Notes: generated by a model from the letters alone, not told the origin. A DNA stretch of 64,000 nucleotides from an uncultured Ignavibacteriales bacterium (GCA_963714795.1 CAVQPS010000009.1:385304-449303), one strand, 5' to 3'; positions 9,651 to 21,120 are shown, counted from the first letter of the stretch. Translations and numbers: made by a program.

Positions 9651-11756
9651 ATGAATGCTCTACGAAAATATTCCCTTCATTTCATTCTTGTATTCATCAC
9701 CATGGCAACCATAACGCACGGCAAGAAGCCCGGATCCGGTCATCCATCACCGATGGATACCCTTTTTTCCACGAAAGAACTCGGCTGTATCATCGGTGAA
9801 AGTTCAACAACATTTCGCATATTCGCACCGCGCGCGACAGAAGTCCGGCTTGTCCTTTTCGCCGCGTACAATGATGATGCCGGACAGGAAAATCTGATGA
9901 CACATGATACGAACGGAGTCTGGGAGTACACCTCGCCGTATCGGCTTGTCGGGAAATATTACGGCTACCGTGTTTGGGGACCATCCGGTCCCGGCGAAAT
10001 GTTCAACCCGAACGTGGTCGTCGGCGACCCGTATTCAAAAGCGGTGGTAACAAAAAATAATTACCGGCATCCGGCAAAATCTCTCATCATCGATACGAAA
10101 TATGATTGGGAGGGAGACACATTTGTCATTCCTGAAGACCATAACCGATTGGTCATTTATGAAGGACACGTGCGCGATCTAACCGCTCACATTTCATCGG
10201 GGGTTGCCGCTAAAGGAACATACACCGGATTGACGGAACAGGGAAAAACCGGAGGATTATCCTATCTCAAAGATCTCGGCATCAATGCTTTGGAATTATT
10301 GCCGATACAAAAGTTCGGGACAATCGAACTTCCGTATCGTGACAGCAGTGTCATGACCGAGACAGGCGAATTCAACACGTGGAATCCGTACGAACGCAAC
10401 CACTGGGGCTACATGACGAGTTATTTCTTTGCCCCCGAAACGTATTACGCCACTGACGGAACAATGGACCGCGACCGGTTCAACGGCATTGATGGCCGTG
10501 CGGTCAAAGAACTGAAGAATTTAGTGAAGACCCTTCATGGCGAAAACATTGCCGTGATTCTTGACGTTGTGTACAACCATGTTTCGCAGTATGATTATAA
10601 TCCATTCAAGTACATCGATAAGTTGTATTATTTCGATTGCGACAGTTCAGGAAATTTTCAAAAAATGTCCGGCTGTGGAAACGATTTCAAAACAAGCCGG
10701 CCGATGGCGCGGCGGCTGATTGTTGAAAGCATAAAATACTGGATGCGGGAATATCACATCGACGGCTTCCGGTTCGATCTCGCCACCATGATCGACCGCG
10801 AAACATGCAATGAAATTTCGGCGGAAGCAAAAAAAATCAACCCTCATGTCATTCTCATTGCCGAACCGTGGGGTGCAGGAAAATACGATCCCCCCGGATT
10901 CAGCGACATCGGATGGGCATCGTGGAACGATCAGATTCGCAACGGCGTCAAGGGACAAAATACGCACGACGGACTCGGATTCATCTTCGGAAAATTTCAG
11001 GGAAGTAATTCAAAAAAAACGTTGATGAGTTATCTCACCGGAACACTGCGTGAAGACGGCGGCATGTATCTGAAGAAAGACCACAGCATCAATTATCTTG
11101 AGTCGCATGACGATAACACTTTCGGTGATTTCATCCGGCTCGGCAGCGGTGAAGTAAAGGAAACAGACCGCATTTCCGACGCATATCATAATGCACAGTT
11201 AACGCCCCGACAATTGTCACTCAATAAGCTTGCAGCGCTCTATTTATTGTCAGCGCAGGGTCCGATTATGATTGCCGAAGGACAGGAATTCGCCCGCAGC
11301 AAGGTTATCGCCCATACGAGCGCTCCGGACACAAACGTCGGGCGCCTCGATCATAACAGTTATGAAAAAGACAACGAAACCAATTACCTGAATTATCATC
11401 ATAAAGCGCTTAATCAGGAATTATTCGATTATTACAAAGGATTGATTGGTCTCCGGCGAACACATCCGGCATTCGGAAGCGCACCGAAAAATGCCATCAG
11501 TTTTTTGACGACAACAGATGATTTTCTTATCGCATATTCCGTCGACGAGAAAATGGTCCCGCAGTCGAAAACAGAAAACCGATTTCTTGTCATTTTGAAC
11601 GGCAATCAAACTCAAACGGAACGTATCGCGCTTCCAAAGGGTAATTGGAAAATAATCGTGAACGATAAAAAGGTTTCGTTGAAGAAGCCTATCCGCACGG
11701 TGATGAAAACCGTCAGCATCCCGCCGGTTTCGGGTATGATCCTGATGGCACAATAA
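9651..11756 (+). CDS. pulA: GH13 type I pullulanase-like debranching enzyme with CBM48, probably exported
   Basis: CBM48 (TTFRIFAPRATEV...GVW), WGYMT, DVVYNH; catalytic DGFRFDL, AEPW and ESHDD; hydrophobic N-terminus. Confidence 0.85.
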   Translation: MNALRKYSLHFILVFITMATITHGKKPGSGHPSPMDTLFSTKELGCIIGESSTTFRIFAPRATEVRLVLFAAYNDDAGQENLMTHDTNGVWEYTSPYRLVGKYYGYRVWGPSGPGEMFNPNVVVGDPYSKAVVTKNNYRHPAKSLIIDTKYDWEGDTFVIPEDHNRLVIYEGHVRDLTAHISSGVAAKGTYTGLTEQGKTGGLSYLKDLGINALELLPIQKFGTIELPYRDSSVMTETGEFNTWNPYERNHWGYMTSYFFAPETYYATDGTMDRDRFNGIDGRAVKELKNLVKTLHGENIAVILDVVYNHVSQYDYNPFKYIDKLYYFDCDSSGNFQKMSGCGNDFKTSRPMARRLIVESIKYWMREYHIDGFRFDLATMIDRETCNEISAEAKKINPHVILIAEPWGAGKYDPPGFSDIGWASWNDQIRNGVKGQNTHDGLGFIFGKFQGSNSKKTLMSYLTGTLREDGGMYLKKDHSINYLESHDDNTFGDFIRLGSGEVKETDRISDAYHNAQLTPRQLSLNKLAALYLLSAQGPIMIAEGQEFARSKVIAHTSAPDTNVGRLDHNSYEKDNETNYLNYHHKALNQELFDYYKGLIGLRRTHPAFGSAPKNAISFLTTTDDFLIAYSVDEKMVPQSKTENRFLVILNGNQTQTERIALPKGNWKIIVNDKKVSLKKPIRTVMKTVSIPPVSGMILMAQ

Positions 11757-11780
11757 TTTTATCATGACAAAAAGTTACTT

Positions 11781-13175
11781 ATGATTATAGAATTTCAAGG
11801 CGCAACACGAACGGTAACGGGATCGATGCATCTGTTGCATATCAACGGGTCAACGATTCTGCTGGACTGCGGACTTTTCCAGGGAAAGCGTGCGGAGTCT
11901 ATCGATCGCAATAAAAATTTCCCGTTCGATCCAAAATCGATCGATGCGGTTATTCTTTCACACGCCCATATCGATCATAGCGGCAACCTGCCAAATCTCG
12001 TCAGGCAGGGATATGCGGGACCGATTTATTGTACGCCGGCCACGCAAGATTTGTCGACGATCATGCTGAAAGACAGCGGTTTCATTCAGGAAAAAGATAC
12101 CGAGTTCCTCAACAAGCAGAAAGCCAAACATCACGAGGAGCCGATCGAACCGTTGTATACTGTCGCCGATGCCGAAAAGGTTTCCGCATTATTCCGGAGT
12201 ATTCCGTACGAAAATGAATTTCCGGTTCTGAAAAATGTAAAGGCAAAATTTTCAGATGCGGGACATATTTTGGGGTCGGCATCCATCCGGCTTGTCATCG
12301 GTGAAAACGGGCAGACAAAAACTATCGGTTTCACCGGCGACATCGGCCGGTGGAACATGCCGATCATTAAAGATCCTGTCTTCATGGGAAACGTGGAGGC
12401 GCTGATCAGCGAAAGCACGTACGGCGGTATTCTTCACGATCCGCCGGAGGACATGGGAAACGAACTCGCCGCCGATATAACGCATACCATTAACCGGGGC
12501 GGAAAAATTGTCGTTCCGGCATTCAGTGTCGGAAGAACACAGGACATCGTTTTCACGCTCCACAAGTTGTTCGACAAGGGAATGCTGCCGCGTATTCCGA
12601 TTTACGTCGACAGTCCGCTCGCAGTCAACGCGACGGAGATTTTCAAAAAACATCAGGAATGTTTTGATGAGGAGATTTTTGATCATATCCTTCACCATCA
12701 TGACCCGTTTGGTTTGAGCCAATTGCATTACATCCATTCTGTGGAAGAATCGAAAAAGCTGAATGATCAAAAAGGTCCATGCATGATTATTTCCGCTTCA
12801 GGGATGTGCGAAGCGGGAAGGATACTGCATCATCTCGCCAATACGGTCGGCGATCCGCGGAATACGATTCTTATCGTCGGTTATCAGGCAGAGCACACGC
12901 TCGGGAAACGGCTCGTGGATAAGGAAGAAGAAATCAGGATTTTCGGCACGATGTACAAACGAAAAGCGGAAGTGATTGTCCATAATTCTTTCAGCGCTCA
13001 TGCCGACGGCAACGAGCTGCTGAAATATGTCAGCGCGTTCGATAAAAATCAGCTTCAGAAAATTTTTCTCGTGCACGGAGAGTTTGAGCGTCAGTCTGAT
13101 TTCCAGTCCGGATTACAAAAACAGGGAAACGACCGCGTGGAGATTCCTGTGCGGGGCCAAAAATTCGAAATGTAA
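11781..13175 (+). CDS. Metallo-beta-lactamase / beta-CASP family ribonuclease
   Basis: VTGSMHL, DCGLFQG, SHAHIDHSG, AGHILGS, ESTYG, SASGMCEAGRI, FSAHAD, LVHGE. Confidence 0.92.
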   Translation: MIIEFQGATRTVTGSMHLLHINGSTILLDCGLFQGKRAESIDRNKNFPFDPKSIDAVILSHAHIDHSGNLPNLVRQGYAGPIYCTPATQDLSTIMLKDSGFIQEKDTEFLNKQKAKHHEEPIEPLYTVADAEKVSALFRSIPYENEFPVLKNVKAKFSDAGHILGSASIRLVIGENGQTKTIGFTGDIGRWNMPIIKDPVFMGNVEALISESTYGGILHDPPEDMGNELAADITHTINRGGKIVVPAFSVGRTQDIVFTLHKLFDKGMLPRIPIYVDSPLAVNATEIFKKHQECFDEEIFDHILHHHDPFGLSQLHYIHSVEESKKLNDQKGPCMIISASGMCEAGRILHHLANTVGDPRNTILIVGYQAEHTLGKRLVDKEEEIRIFGTMYKRKAEVIVHNSFSAHADGNELLKYVSAFDKNQLQKIFLVHGEFERQSDFQSGLQKQGNDRVEIPVRGQKFEM

Positions 13176-13207
13176 AAAAATGATTATCGATTTATTATAT
13201 TGAAATC

Positions 13208-13999
13208 ATGCATACCGGCATTCAGGGCAAAGTCATTCTTATCACGGGTGGAAGCAGGGGAATCGGCAAGGCGGTTGCACTGGCAATGGCAGAAGAAGGT
13301 GCGCGCATCGCCATTTGCGCCCGCGACGAACATCAATTGAAACAGACTGCGGATGAAATCCAAATCCACACGCATGCGGATATCGTCGCGATCAAGGCAA
13401 ATATGACAAAGACCAACGATATCCGGCGGTTCGTCGATACTTCCCTAAAAAAATTCGGACACATTGATATGCTGATCAACAACGCCGGCAGTGTTCACAT
13501 CGGCGGAATTTCGGCAACGACCGACGAGGATTGGGAATACCACATTCAACTGAAGCTCCTCGGTTACATTCGAACGGCACGGGAAGTTATTCCTCACATG
13601 AAAACCAACGGCAGCGGAAAAATCATCAACATTGTCGGCACAGCGGGAAAAGAACCGGGGCCGCTTTACATGGTTCCGGGCGTAACCAATGCCGCATTAT
13701 TGAGTTTCACAAAGTCGCTGTCGAAGGAACTTGAACCATTCCATATTCTCGTCAACAGCGTTAATCCCGGAACAACCGATACGCCCTTGACGGAAGAAAC
13801 ATTTCACTCGCTGGCGGAAATATTCCAAAAAACTCCGAAGGAAGTCCGGGCATCCGCATCCGAATTTTCACCGCAAGGCACGATTGCCTCGCCGGAAGAT
13901 ATTGCCAAAGTGGTCCTTTTTTTCGCTTCCGATCTTTCCAATTTTGTAAACGGTACGTCTCTCAATGTTGATGCCGGCAAACTCGTTGGATTATGGTAA
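13208..13999 (+). CDS. SDR family NAD(P)-dependent oxidoreductase
   Basis: TGGSRGIG, NNAG, VNSVNPG, VNGTSLNVDAG. The canonical YxxxK is altered (GVTNAA). Confidence 0.9.
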   Translation: MHTGIQGKVILITGGSRGIGKAVALAMAEEGARIAICARDEHQLKQTADEIQIHTHADIVAIKANMTKTNDIRRFVDTSLKKFGHIDMLINNAGSVHIGGISATTDEDWEYHIQLKLLGYIRTAREVIPHMKTNGSGKIINIVGTAGKEPGPLYMVPGVTNAALLSFTKSLSKELEPFHILVNSVNPGTTDTPLTEETFHSLAEIFQKTPKEVRASASEFSPQGTIASPEDIAKVVLFFASDLSNFVNGTSLNVDAGKLVGLW

Positions 14000-15921
14000 G
14001 ATGGATCGGTATCGCAATTATTTCCGGTATCGCCGCTGTGTTGCCCTGGAAGGCGATGAGTCAGGACGAATCGGGCGAACGCCGGCTTATATTGCCTCTT
14101 CCGGATACGCTCCAGCGAAATTTTGCGACACTCGGATTTGATAAATCTCTGACCACATTCCATTGGACCGGAACGGCGTTGTACCAAAATGTTTTCGGAC
14201 CGCTTTCCGTACAAATGAACGAGCGATATTTATCCACACTCATCGATGAGATTCCCCAGCTTATCACCGATAATCAATCGTTCGACCTCCATCTTGCGGA
14301 ACAGGTAGCGGATAATGTTAGCCTGGCAACCAAGGTTTCATCGTTTGTCAGTTCGGATAATAAAGGCATCGGCATCAGCAATGTTTCCTCGCATGGATTT
14401 TATGGAGGAGTGGCACTGAAACCGTTCACCGGATTGATTGTTGAACCGCTGGTCGGATTTCGATTGGATAATCAAAATGGCCAGTACGATAAAGGTCCGT
14501 CGTATATTCTCAGTGTCAAAACGGATTCCGTGATCTCGTCGGACTATGACTCCTACCTCGACGGCTCTTATCAATACGACAAAATCGATCCCCGGCGGCT
14601 GGAAACCGGCAATGTTACGGGAAGCGTGGAGAAATTATTTTTTGAACAGACGAGAAACTTCCTGGGATTGCAATACTACAGAAACCGGAGAGACTTTTAT
14701 TCACCGGCCGACTCCGTTATCCACACCCTCTACGGTGTTCTGGATAATATTCAATCACGGTCTGATAATGCTCTGACACTGATCGATACGCTCGACTACA
14801 ATATCGGAAGCGATGCGCTGATGACGTTCTTCGGAAGTTTTTTCACCCGGGAAATCGATAACACCACACGGTACAATAACACGAGCGATCCCAATGAATA
14901 CATTCCCAATACAACGATTACTGAGACTCAAATAGAAGGCGGAACATCCCTGCATTATCATGTACGGAACAACCTTGTCGGCGGGATCTCTCTTGCATAT
15001 CTTGAGCGGGATGAACGCCACGTGTTTCTCCAGGATCCCGCCCTTTCAACGTTTACCATCACAACATTGTCGGACATCGAGCAGAGAAAAAATAATATCT
15101 CAAAAAGAACGACGCTTTCTTCTTCGCTCGCGATTATGCCGTCGTCATCGGACTCGATCTCCGTCAGCGGTTCAGGAAGTTTATTGCATTACGACACGCC
15201 GAGCACGGAAAACGACGATGACCGCGACGAATTATATTATCTTGCAAACCTGTCGGCCTTTCACCGCTTTAATCAATATTTCCGCATGAGTGTTTCCGTC
15301 GATGTGAGCCTCATGCATCTCGTTTACCTTTTTTCATCGGAGAGTGCGAACAATACCTGGAACCGCATTCTCCGGCTCTCTCCGCGATTCGAATATACTC
15401 CGTTCAGAACATTTTCGACGGTCAACACGTTTGAAGTTCTCGCCAATTATACCGTTTATGATTTTGACTACATCTCTTCTTCCGCACAAAGTTTTTCATT
15501 TCGACAATTTTCCTTTGTCGATTCGACACGATGGAATCTGACAAAACGTGTTTCCATTGACTGGTTCAGTAATATCCGGTTATACGAGCGGGGAGAACTG
15601 CACTGGGATGAATTTTCAGAACGACCGATCAATTCTTTCGATGAAACGACCTATATCGGCACTATACAATACGCAATGACGGAGCGCTTGCTTTTTTCAC
15701 TGGGGATTCGTTATTTTAGTCAGTTGCGGTATGACTATATGAACAATAATCGAATGCTGGATAACGTATTACGAAGTACCGGTCCTATGGTAGCAATCTG
15801 GCTCAGCGCGGGTCGCCGTACCGAAGTATCCTTTCGTGGATGGTACGAGCATCAAACCCAGTCAGCTCAGCCGGATCGCGGAATTACGACAATGGCAATG
15901 TTTATGAATGTTCGAATTTAA
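13993..15921 (+). CDS. Hypothetical outer-membrane beta-barrel protein
   Basis: Signal peptide, extended amphipathic beta-strand pattern rich in Y/F/S/T/N/D; overlaps the SDR stop codon. Confidence 0.55.
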   Translation: MVRWIGIAIISGIAAVLPWKAMSQDESGERRLILPLPDTLQRNFATLGFDKSLTTFHWTGTALYQNVFGPLSVQMNERYLSTLIDEIPQLITDNQSFDLHLAEQVADNVSLATKVSSFVSSDNKGIGISNVSSHGFYGGVALKPFTGLIVEPLVGFRLDNQNGQYDKGPSYILSVKTDSVISSDYDSYLDGSYQYDKIDPRRLETGNVTGSVEKLFFEQTRNFLGLQYYRNRRDFYSPADSVIHTLYGVLDNIQSRSDNALTLIDTLDYNIGSDALMTFFGSFFTREIDNTTRYNNTSDPNEYIPNTTITETQIEGGTSLHYHVRNNLVGGISLAYLERDERHVFLQDPALSTFTITTLSDIEQRKNNISKRTTLSSSLAIMPSSSDSISVSGSGSLLHYDTPSTENDDDRDELYYLANLSAFHRFNQYFRMSVSVDVSLMHLVYLFSSESANNTWNRILRLSPRFEYTPFRTFSTVNTFEVLANYTVYDFDYISSSAQSFSFRQFSFVDSTRWNLTKRVSIDWFSNIRLYERGELHWDEFSERPINSFDETTYIGTIQYAMTERLLFSLGIRYFSQLRYDYMNNNRMLDNVLRSTGPMVAIWLSAGRRTEVSFRGWYEHQTQSAQPDRGITTMAMFMNVRI

Positions 15922-15932
15922 AAAGGAATGAC

Positions 15933-16355
15933 GTGCCCGAACCGGAATCAATAAAAATCACACTTGTTCTTAACAGCGAACCGCAACAGATTACAAAAGT
16001 TGAGGGATTTCTTCTGAAGCTGAACAAGCAATTGCATTTGAACGAAACTGCATTCAATAAATTACTTGTTGCGACGACAGAAGCAGTGAACAACGGAATC
16101 ATTCACGGCAATAAACGTGATCCGAAGAAAAAAGTAACCCTTACATGCGAATATACGCGCGTTGCTCTTCTGGTACGGATTGATGATGAAGGCCCGGGAG
16201 TTGACCCGGCATCGCTTCCGGATCCGCTGGCGGAGGAAAATCTTTTGCGTGAGAACGGCCGCGGAGTCTTCCTCATGCGTTCATTGATGGATGCCGTTGA
16301 CTTTGAGCGGACAGACCATGGCTCTTCGGTCATTATGACCATGAAAAGAGAATAG
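15933..16355 (+). CDS. RsbW-like anti-sigma factor / Ser-Thr kinase (HATPase_c_2)
   Basis: EAVNNGIIHGN, DDEGPG, GRGVFLMRSLMD. GTG at 15933 is preceded by AAGGA. Confidence 0.88.
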   Translation: MPEPESIKITLVLNSEPQQITKVEGFLLKLNKQLHLNETAFNKLLVATTEAVNNGIIHGNKRDPKKKVTLTCEYTRVALLVRIDDEGPGVDPASLPDPLAEENLLRENGRGVFLMRSLMDAVDFERTDHGSSVIMTMKRE

Positions 16356-16370
16356 CAATATTGTTTCCGG

Positions 16371-16408
16371 AACAAATAAAAAACGCCATCCTGAACAGGG
16401 ATGGCGTT
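16371..16408 (-). terminator. Intrinsic terminator downstream of mdh (possibly bidirectional)
   Basis: 10-bp stem AACGCCATCC/GGATGGCGTT (16382-16408) with an A tract on the + strand, i.e. a U tract for the minus-strand transcript. Confidence 0.75.
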
Positions 16409-16437
16409 CGTGTTTCTACAAAACTAAAACGAAAGAA

Positions 16438-17442
<1,005 letters not shown>

Positions 17443-17485
17443 TCACAGTCTGAACACATCGAATCAAAAAAATAATTGCCGTGTC

Positions 17486-17740
17486 TTACTTGGGAATAAT
17501 GCTGACAACGTTTTTCGACTTTCCAAACCGCTGGAACGAAACGACACCGTCCGAAAGAGCGAATAACGTATCGTCACTGCCGATACCGACATTCGTGCCC
17601 GGCGAGAATTTCGTACCGCGTTGCCGAACCAGGATACTGCCCGCAGTAATTTTTTCCCCGCCGAATCGTTTGACGCCGAGTCGCTGTGCATTACTGTCGC
17701 GACCGTTGCGCGAACTTCCGCCGCCTTTTTTATGAGCCAT
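17486..17740 (-). CDS. rpmA: 50S ribosomal protein L27
   Basis: [24 protein letters not shown]. Confidence 0.99.
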   Translation of the reverse strand: MAHKKGGGSSRNGRDSNAQRLGVKRFGGEKITAGSILVRQRGTKFSPGTNVGIGSDDTLFALSDGVVSFQRFGKSKNVVSIIPK

Positions 17741-17751
17741 AGAATTTCTCC

Positions 17752-18060
17752 TTATGCAATAGTAGTAATTTCAACTTCCGTGTATTGTTGCCGGTGACCA
17801 CGCCGAAGACGATAACCTTTCCGTTTCTTTTTCTTGAAAACAATCACGGTATCGTCTTTAACATGATTCAGAACTTTTGCAGCAACACTGACATTTTTTA
17901 CTACCGGATTCCCTACCTGTACCTGTTTTTCATTTGAGAAAAGAAGAACACGGTCAAACGTGACGGTCGCTCCAACTTTTTCTTCAAGTTTCGGAACGAA
18001 TATTCGTTCGTTCGGACTGACTTTGAGCTGCTGCCCAGCAATATCGACAACTGCAAACAT
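17752..18060 (-). CDS. rplU: 50S ribosomal protein L21
   Basis: [14 protein letters not shown]...[17 protein letters not shown]; directly upstream of rpmA. Confidence 0.98.
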   Translation of the reverse strand: MFAVVDIAGQQLKVSPNERIFVPKLEEKVGATVTFDRVLLFSNEKQVQVGNPVVKNVSVAAKVLNHVKDDTVIVFKKKKRKGYRLRRGHRQQYTEVEITTIA

Positions 18061-18108
18061 GGTGAATTTACCTTGAAATGATGAATTTTAGAGGAAAAAT
18101 GTACTTTT

Positions 18109-18137
18109 AATCTACAAAATTTTTGGTTGAAAGTCAA
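18109..18137 (-). promoter_or_regulatory. Promoter of rplU-rpmA
   Basis: Minus strand: TTGACT, 17 nt, TAGATT. Confidence 0.65.
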
Positions 18138-18191
18138 TGGAACCCAGTTTGGACAGTCCCTTTCCTTCTGATAAAAAGAGACCGATGCCGT

Positions 18192-18220
18192 TTGACTTTT
18201 TCATCAAATCTCTCTATGTT
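18192..18220 (+). promoter_or_regulatory. Promoter of the response regulator gene
   Basis: TTGACT (18192-18197), 17 nt, TATGTT (18215-18220). Confidence 0.55.
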
Positions 18221-18301
18221 ATTGGGACATTTCTCATGACAGGCGGGTAGTATCGTTCTCTGTCTGATTTATTTTTCCGAAGAGAGTAATCAACGCAAAG
18301 T

Positions 18302-18682
18302 ATGAAAAAGAAAACTGTTCTTATTGTTGAAGACAGTCCCGGTTTTTCCGAATTAATGAAGTTCGTTGTCGAGGACGAGGGCTTCCACGGTGTGTTATTT
18401 CCGCTCGATCAGAATTTTATCCACTGGGTCGAGAAAGAAAAACCATCCGCTATTATTATGGATCTCGCACTGAACCGGCTCAGCGGTTTCGATTTAATTC
18501 GGGAACTGAAGACACACACCAAACATAAACATGTTCCCGTTATCGTGATCACCGGCCGCGATCTCGACGTCAAAGACATCACGGAATTGAAAATGCACGG
18601 GATTCCCTATTTGCGAAAAGGGCGGGTGGATATGCATGAAATTCACCAGGCCATCCGTAACCTTGTGACCAAAGGCGAATAA
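18302..18682 (+). CDS. Single-domain response regulator (receiver)
   Basis: VLIVEDS, IIMDLAL (phosphoacceptor D), VIVITG, YLRK. Confidence 0.9.
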   Translation: MKKKTVLIVEDSPGFSELMKFVVEDEGFHGVLFPLDQNFIHWVEKEKPSAIIMDLALNRLSGFDLIRELKTHTKHKHVPVIVITGRDLDVKDITELKMHGIPYLRKGRVDMHEIHQAIRNLVTKGE

Positions 18683-18787
18683 CCATCCCATCATTCTTTT
18701 CATAAAACAAGTATTATATTTTTCCCGATTTTTCACGACTGTAGATCCGTCATAATACTGGTTTTAGGCATTTCTAAAATTATTAAC

Positions 18788-18816
18788 TTGCTATTGGTTC
18801 GGAAGGAAAATATATT
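18788..18816 (+). promoter_or_regulatory. sigma70-type promoter upstream of an unannotated small ORF
   Basis: TTGCTA (18788-18793), 17 nt, TATATT (18811-18816). Confidence 0.5.
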
Positions 18817-18842
18817 ACAGTAACAAACAAAGCGAACCGTAT

Positions 18843-18959
18843 ATGGTAATTTCATTACAGGAAAAGATGTCTCTCACTTTTTGGTGGGGGATTGCAGTGA
18901 GTGTTACGACATATCTCGCTCTGGGAATCGTTAATACCCTTTACGTGATTCTGCAATAG
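18843..18959 (+). CDS. Putative small single-pass membrane protein (38 aa; 30 aa if started at ATG 18867)
   Basis: MVISLQEKMSLTFWWGIAVSVTTYLALGIVNTLYVILQ*; uncharged hydrophobic C-terminal stretch; promoter immediately upstream. Confidence 0.45.
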   Translation: MVISLQEKMSLTFWWGIAVSVTTYLALGIVNTLYVILQ

Positions 18960-21120
18960 CGGTCAATAAAATTCTCTTCGGTAGAAATTTTATTGCTGAA
19001 CTGCCTTCACCATCCTTCAGTTTTCGTAATGCCCGTAACCCGTTCAAGATAACCACCAGCGTTGCACCGTCATCTGCGAGAACCGCAAGCCAGAGTGATG
19101 CTATTCCCGATAATCCCATCACCAGAAAAATAAGTTTCATCACTACGGCAATAGTGATGTTTTGTGCGATGATCGTTCGGGTCTTTCTGCTCAGCCGGAT
19201 CAAATAAGAAATTTTCGAAAGATCATCGGTCATCAGTACGATATCGGCCGTTTCCAGGACAATATCCGTTCCCGATCTTCCCATGCCGATTCCGATGTTT
19301 GCCGCTGCCAGAGCCGGTGCATCGTTGACGCCGTCTCCGACCATAACGACCGGAGAAGATGATTCACGTAACTGATGTATATAGCTAACCTTCTCTTCCG
19401 GAAGCGCATTTGCATACGTTTCACTGATTCCGATCTGACGGGCGATGGATTCCGCCGTGCCGGCATTATCTCCCGTGATCATAATGATTTTCTGAATGCC
19501 GCACAACTGCAAATTGTGTATGTGCCTCGCAGTATCTGCCCGCAGCGTATCCGCAATGCCGATGATACCCAGCACTTCGCTTGTCGTGCCGAGAACCAAA
19601 CAGGTTTTCCCTTCGGTTTCGAGGCGATGAAGATGGCGTTCGACCGTTGCAGAACAAATTCCCTGTTCTTCAACGAGAGCATGATTGCCGACGATATATT
19701 TCGTTCCGTCAATGGATGCAGTTACACCGCGACCTCCGATTGCCGCGAAATTTTGAAGATCGATTTCTTGTGAATGGAATTCATTGTGACGAACTTCCCT
19801 GATCACCGCTCCGGCAAGATGATGTTCGGAACCGTTTTCGATGACGGCAGTAATTCGAAGAATTTCGTCCGGCGAAAGAGAATTCAACGGGATCACGTCG
19901 GTCACATGAGGAAACCCTTCCGTCAATGTTCCGGTTTTATCAAAAGCAATGACCTTCGTCCTTCCGATTTCTTCTAAATATTTACCGCCCTTAATTAAAA
20001 TCCCCTGCCGCGCAGCATGCGACAAAGCACTGACGATCGTGACGGGAGTAGATATAACCAGTGCACACGGACATGCAATAACCAGCATGACCAATGAACG
20101 GTAAAACCACACCCCGAATGAATCGTGTGTCAATATCGGTCCGAGAATGGGGATAAGAACTGCTATGCCGATAACTGCCGGAGAATAGTACCGTGCGAAC
20201 TTTTCGGTCAGTTGCTGGATTGGCGCCCGTTTATTTTGATTTTCCTCCACCATCCGCACAATCCGGGCAAGCGTTGAATCTTCCTGTCGCTTGGTGACTT
20301 CCACTTCAAGCATTCCCCGTTCGTTGAGTGTTCCGGCAAAGACATAATCGCCCGGACGTTTAATCACCGGAACCGATTCTCCGGTGATCACCGATTGATT
20401 CACATCTGATTCTCCGGCCCGCACGATTCCGTCAACAGGTATCCGTTCTCCCGGTCTCACAACGACCAGAACACCCAGAGGAATTTCTTCCAGCCTAACG
20501 ATAGTCTCTCTTCCGTTGATTTTTATCGTCGCTGTGGGCGGCGAAAGTTTGAGAAGAGAATCGATCGCGTTTCTGGCACGATGAACACTGAACCGTTCCA
20601 GCGCCTGTGAAACGGAAAAAAGAACAATCACTGCCGCCCCTTCCGCCCACCGATCGATCGTCGACGCCCCGATCGCAGCGACAGTCATTAAGACGTTCAT
20701 ATCCAGAGATCCGTGTTGAAGTCCTTTTATTGCCCGCACAGCAATACGCCAGCCGCCCACAACCATGGAAGACAAGAACAACGGAACTTCAATCATGGAT
20801 GAAACGCCGATGACATGCAATATCAATCCGGCCACCAGCAATATCCCGGCAACGGATGTCAGGAATATTTGATCATTCCATCGCCGTGGTACATTTTGAT
20901 TGGGGGAATCATGATCGTGCCGCGGCGAAAAACCTATATCGCTGAGGGCACGAATGAGAACATCGTGTGAACAGGTGTGGCCGATAACGACGGTGCTCGA
21001 GACAATATTACAGTGAACTTCTTCGACTCCGGCAACAGAGCGGAGTTTTTTCTGAATCAGTTGTTCTTCTTCCGAACAGCACAAACCGTCAAGACAATAT
21101 GTCGTTGAATGTCTTTCCAC
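18931..21120 (-). CDS. cadA: P1B-type heavy-metal (Zn/Cd/Pb) translocating ATPase
   Basis: N-terminal HMA (GLCCSEE), TGES, IACPCAL, DKTGTLT, GDGVNDAPAL, ADDGAT in the last TM. Confidence 0.92.
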   Translation of the reverse strand: MERHSTTYCLDGLCCSEEEQLIQKKLRSVAGVEEVHCNIVSSTVVIGHTCSHDVLIRALSDIGFSPRHDHDSPNQNVPRRWNDQIFLTSVAGILLVAGLILHVIGVSSMIEVPLFLSSMVVGGWRIAVRAIKGLQHGSLDMNVLMTVAAIGASTIDRWAEGAAVIVLFSVSQALERFSVHRARNAIDSLLKLSPPTATIKINGRETIVRLEEIPLGVLVVVRPGERIPVDGIVRAGESDVNQSVITGESVPVIKRPGDYVFAGTLNERGMLEVEVTKRQEDSTLARIVRMVEENQNKRAPIQQLTEKFARYYSPAVIGIAVLIPILGPILTHDSFGVWFYRSLVMLVIACPCALVISTPVTIVSALSHAARQGILIKGGKYLEEIGRTKVIAFDKTGTLTEGFPHVTDVIPLNSLSPDEILRITAVIENGSEHHLAGAVIREVRHNEFHSQEIDLQNFAAIGGRGVTASIDGTKYIVGNHALVEEQGICSATVERHLHRLETEGKTCLVLGTTSEVLGIIGIADTLRADTARHIHNLQLCGIQKIIMITGDNAGTAESIARQIGISETYANALPEEKVSYIHQLRESSSPVVMVGDGVNDAPALAAANIGIGMGRSGTDIVLETADIVLMTDDLSKISYLIRLSRKTRTIIAQNITIAVVMKLIFLVMGLSGIASLWLAVLADDGATLVVILNGLRALRKLKDGEGSSAIKFLPKRILLTAIAESRKGY

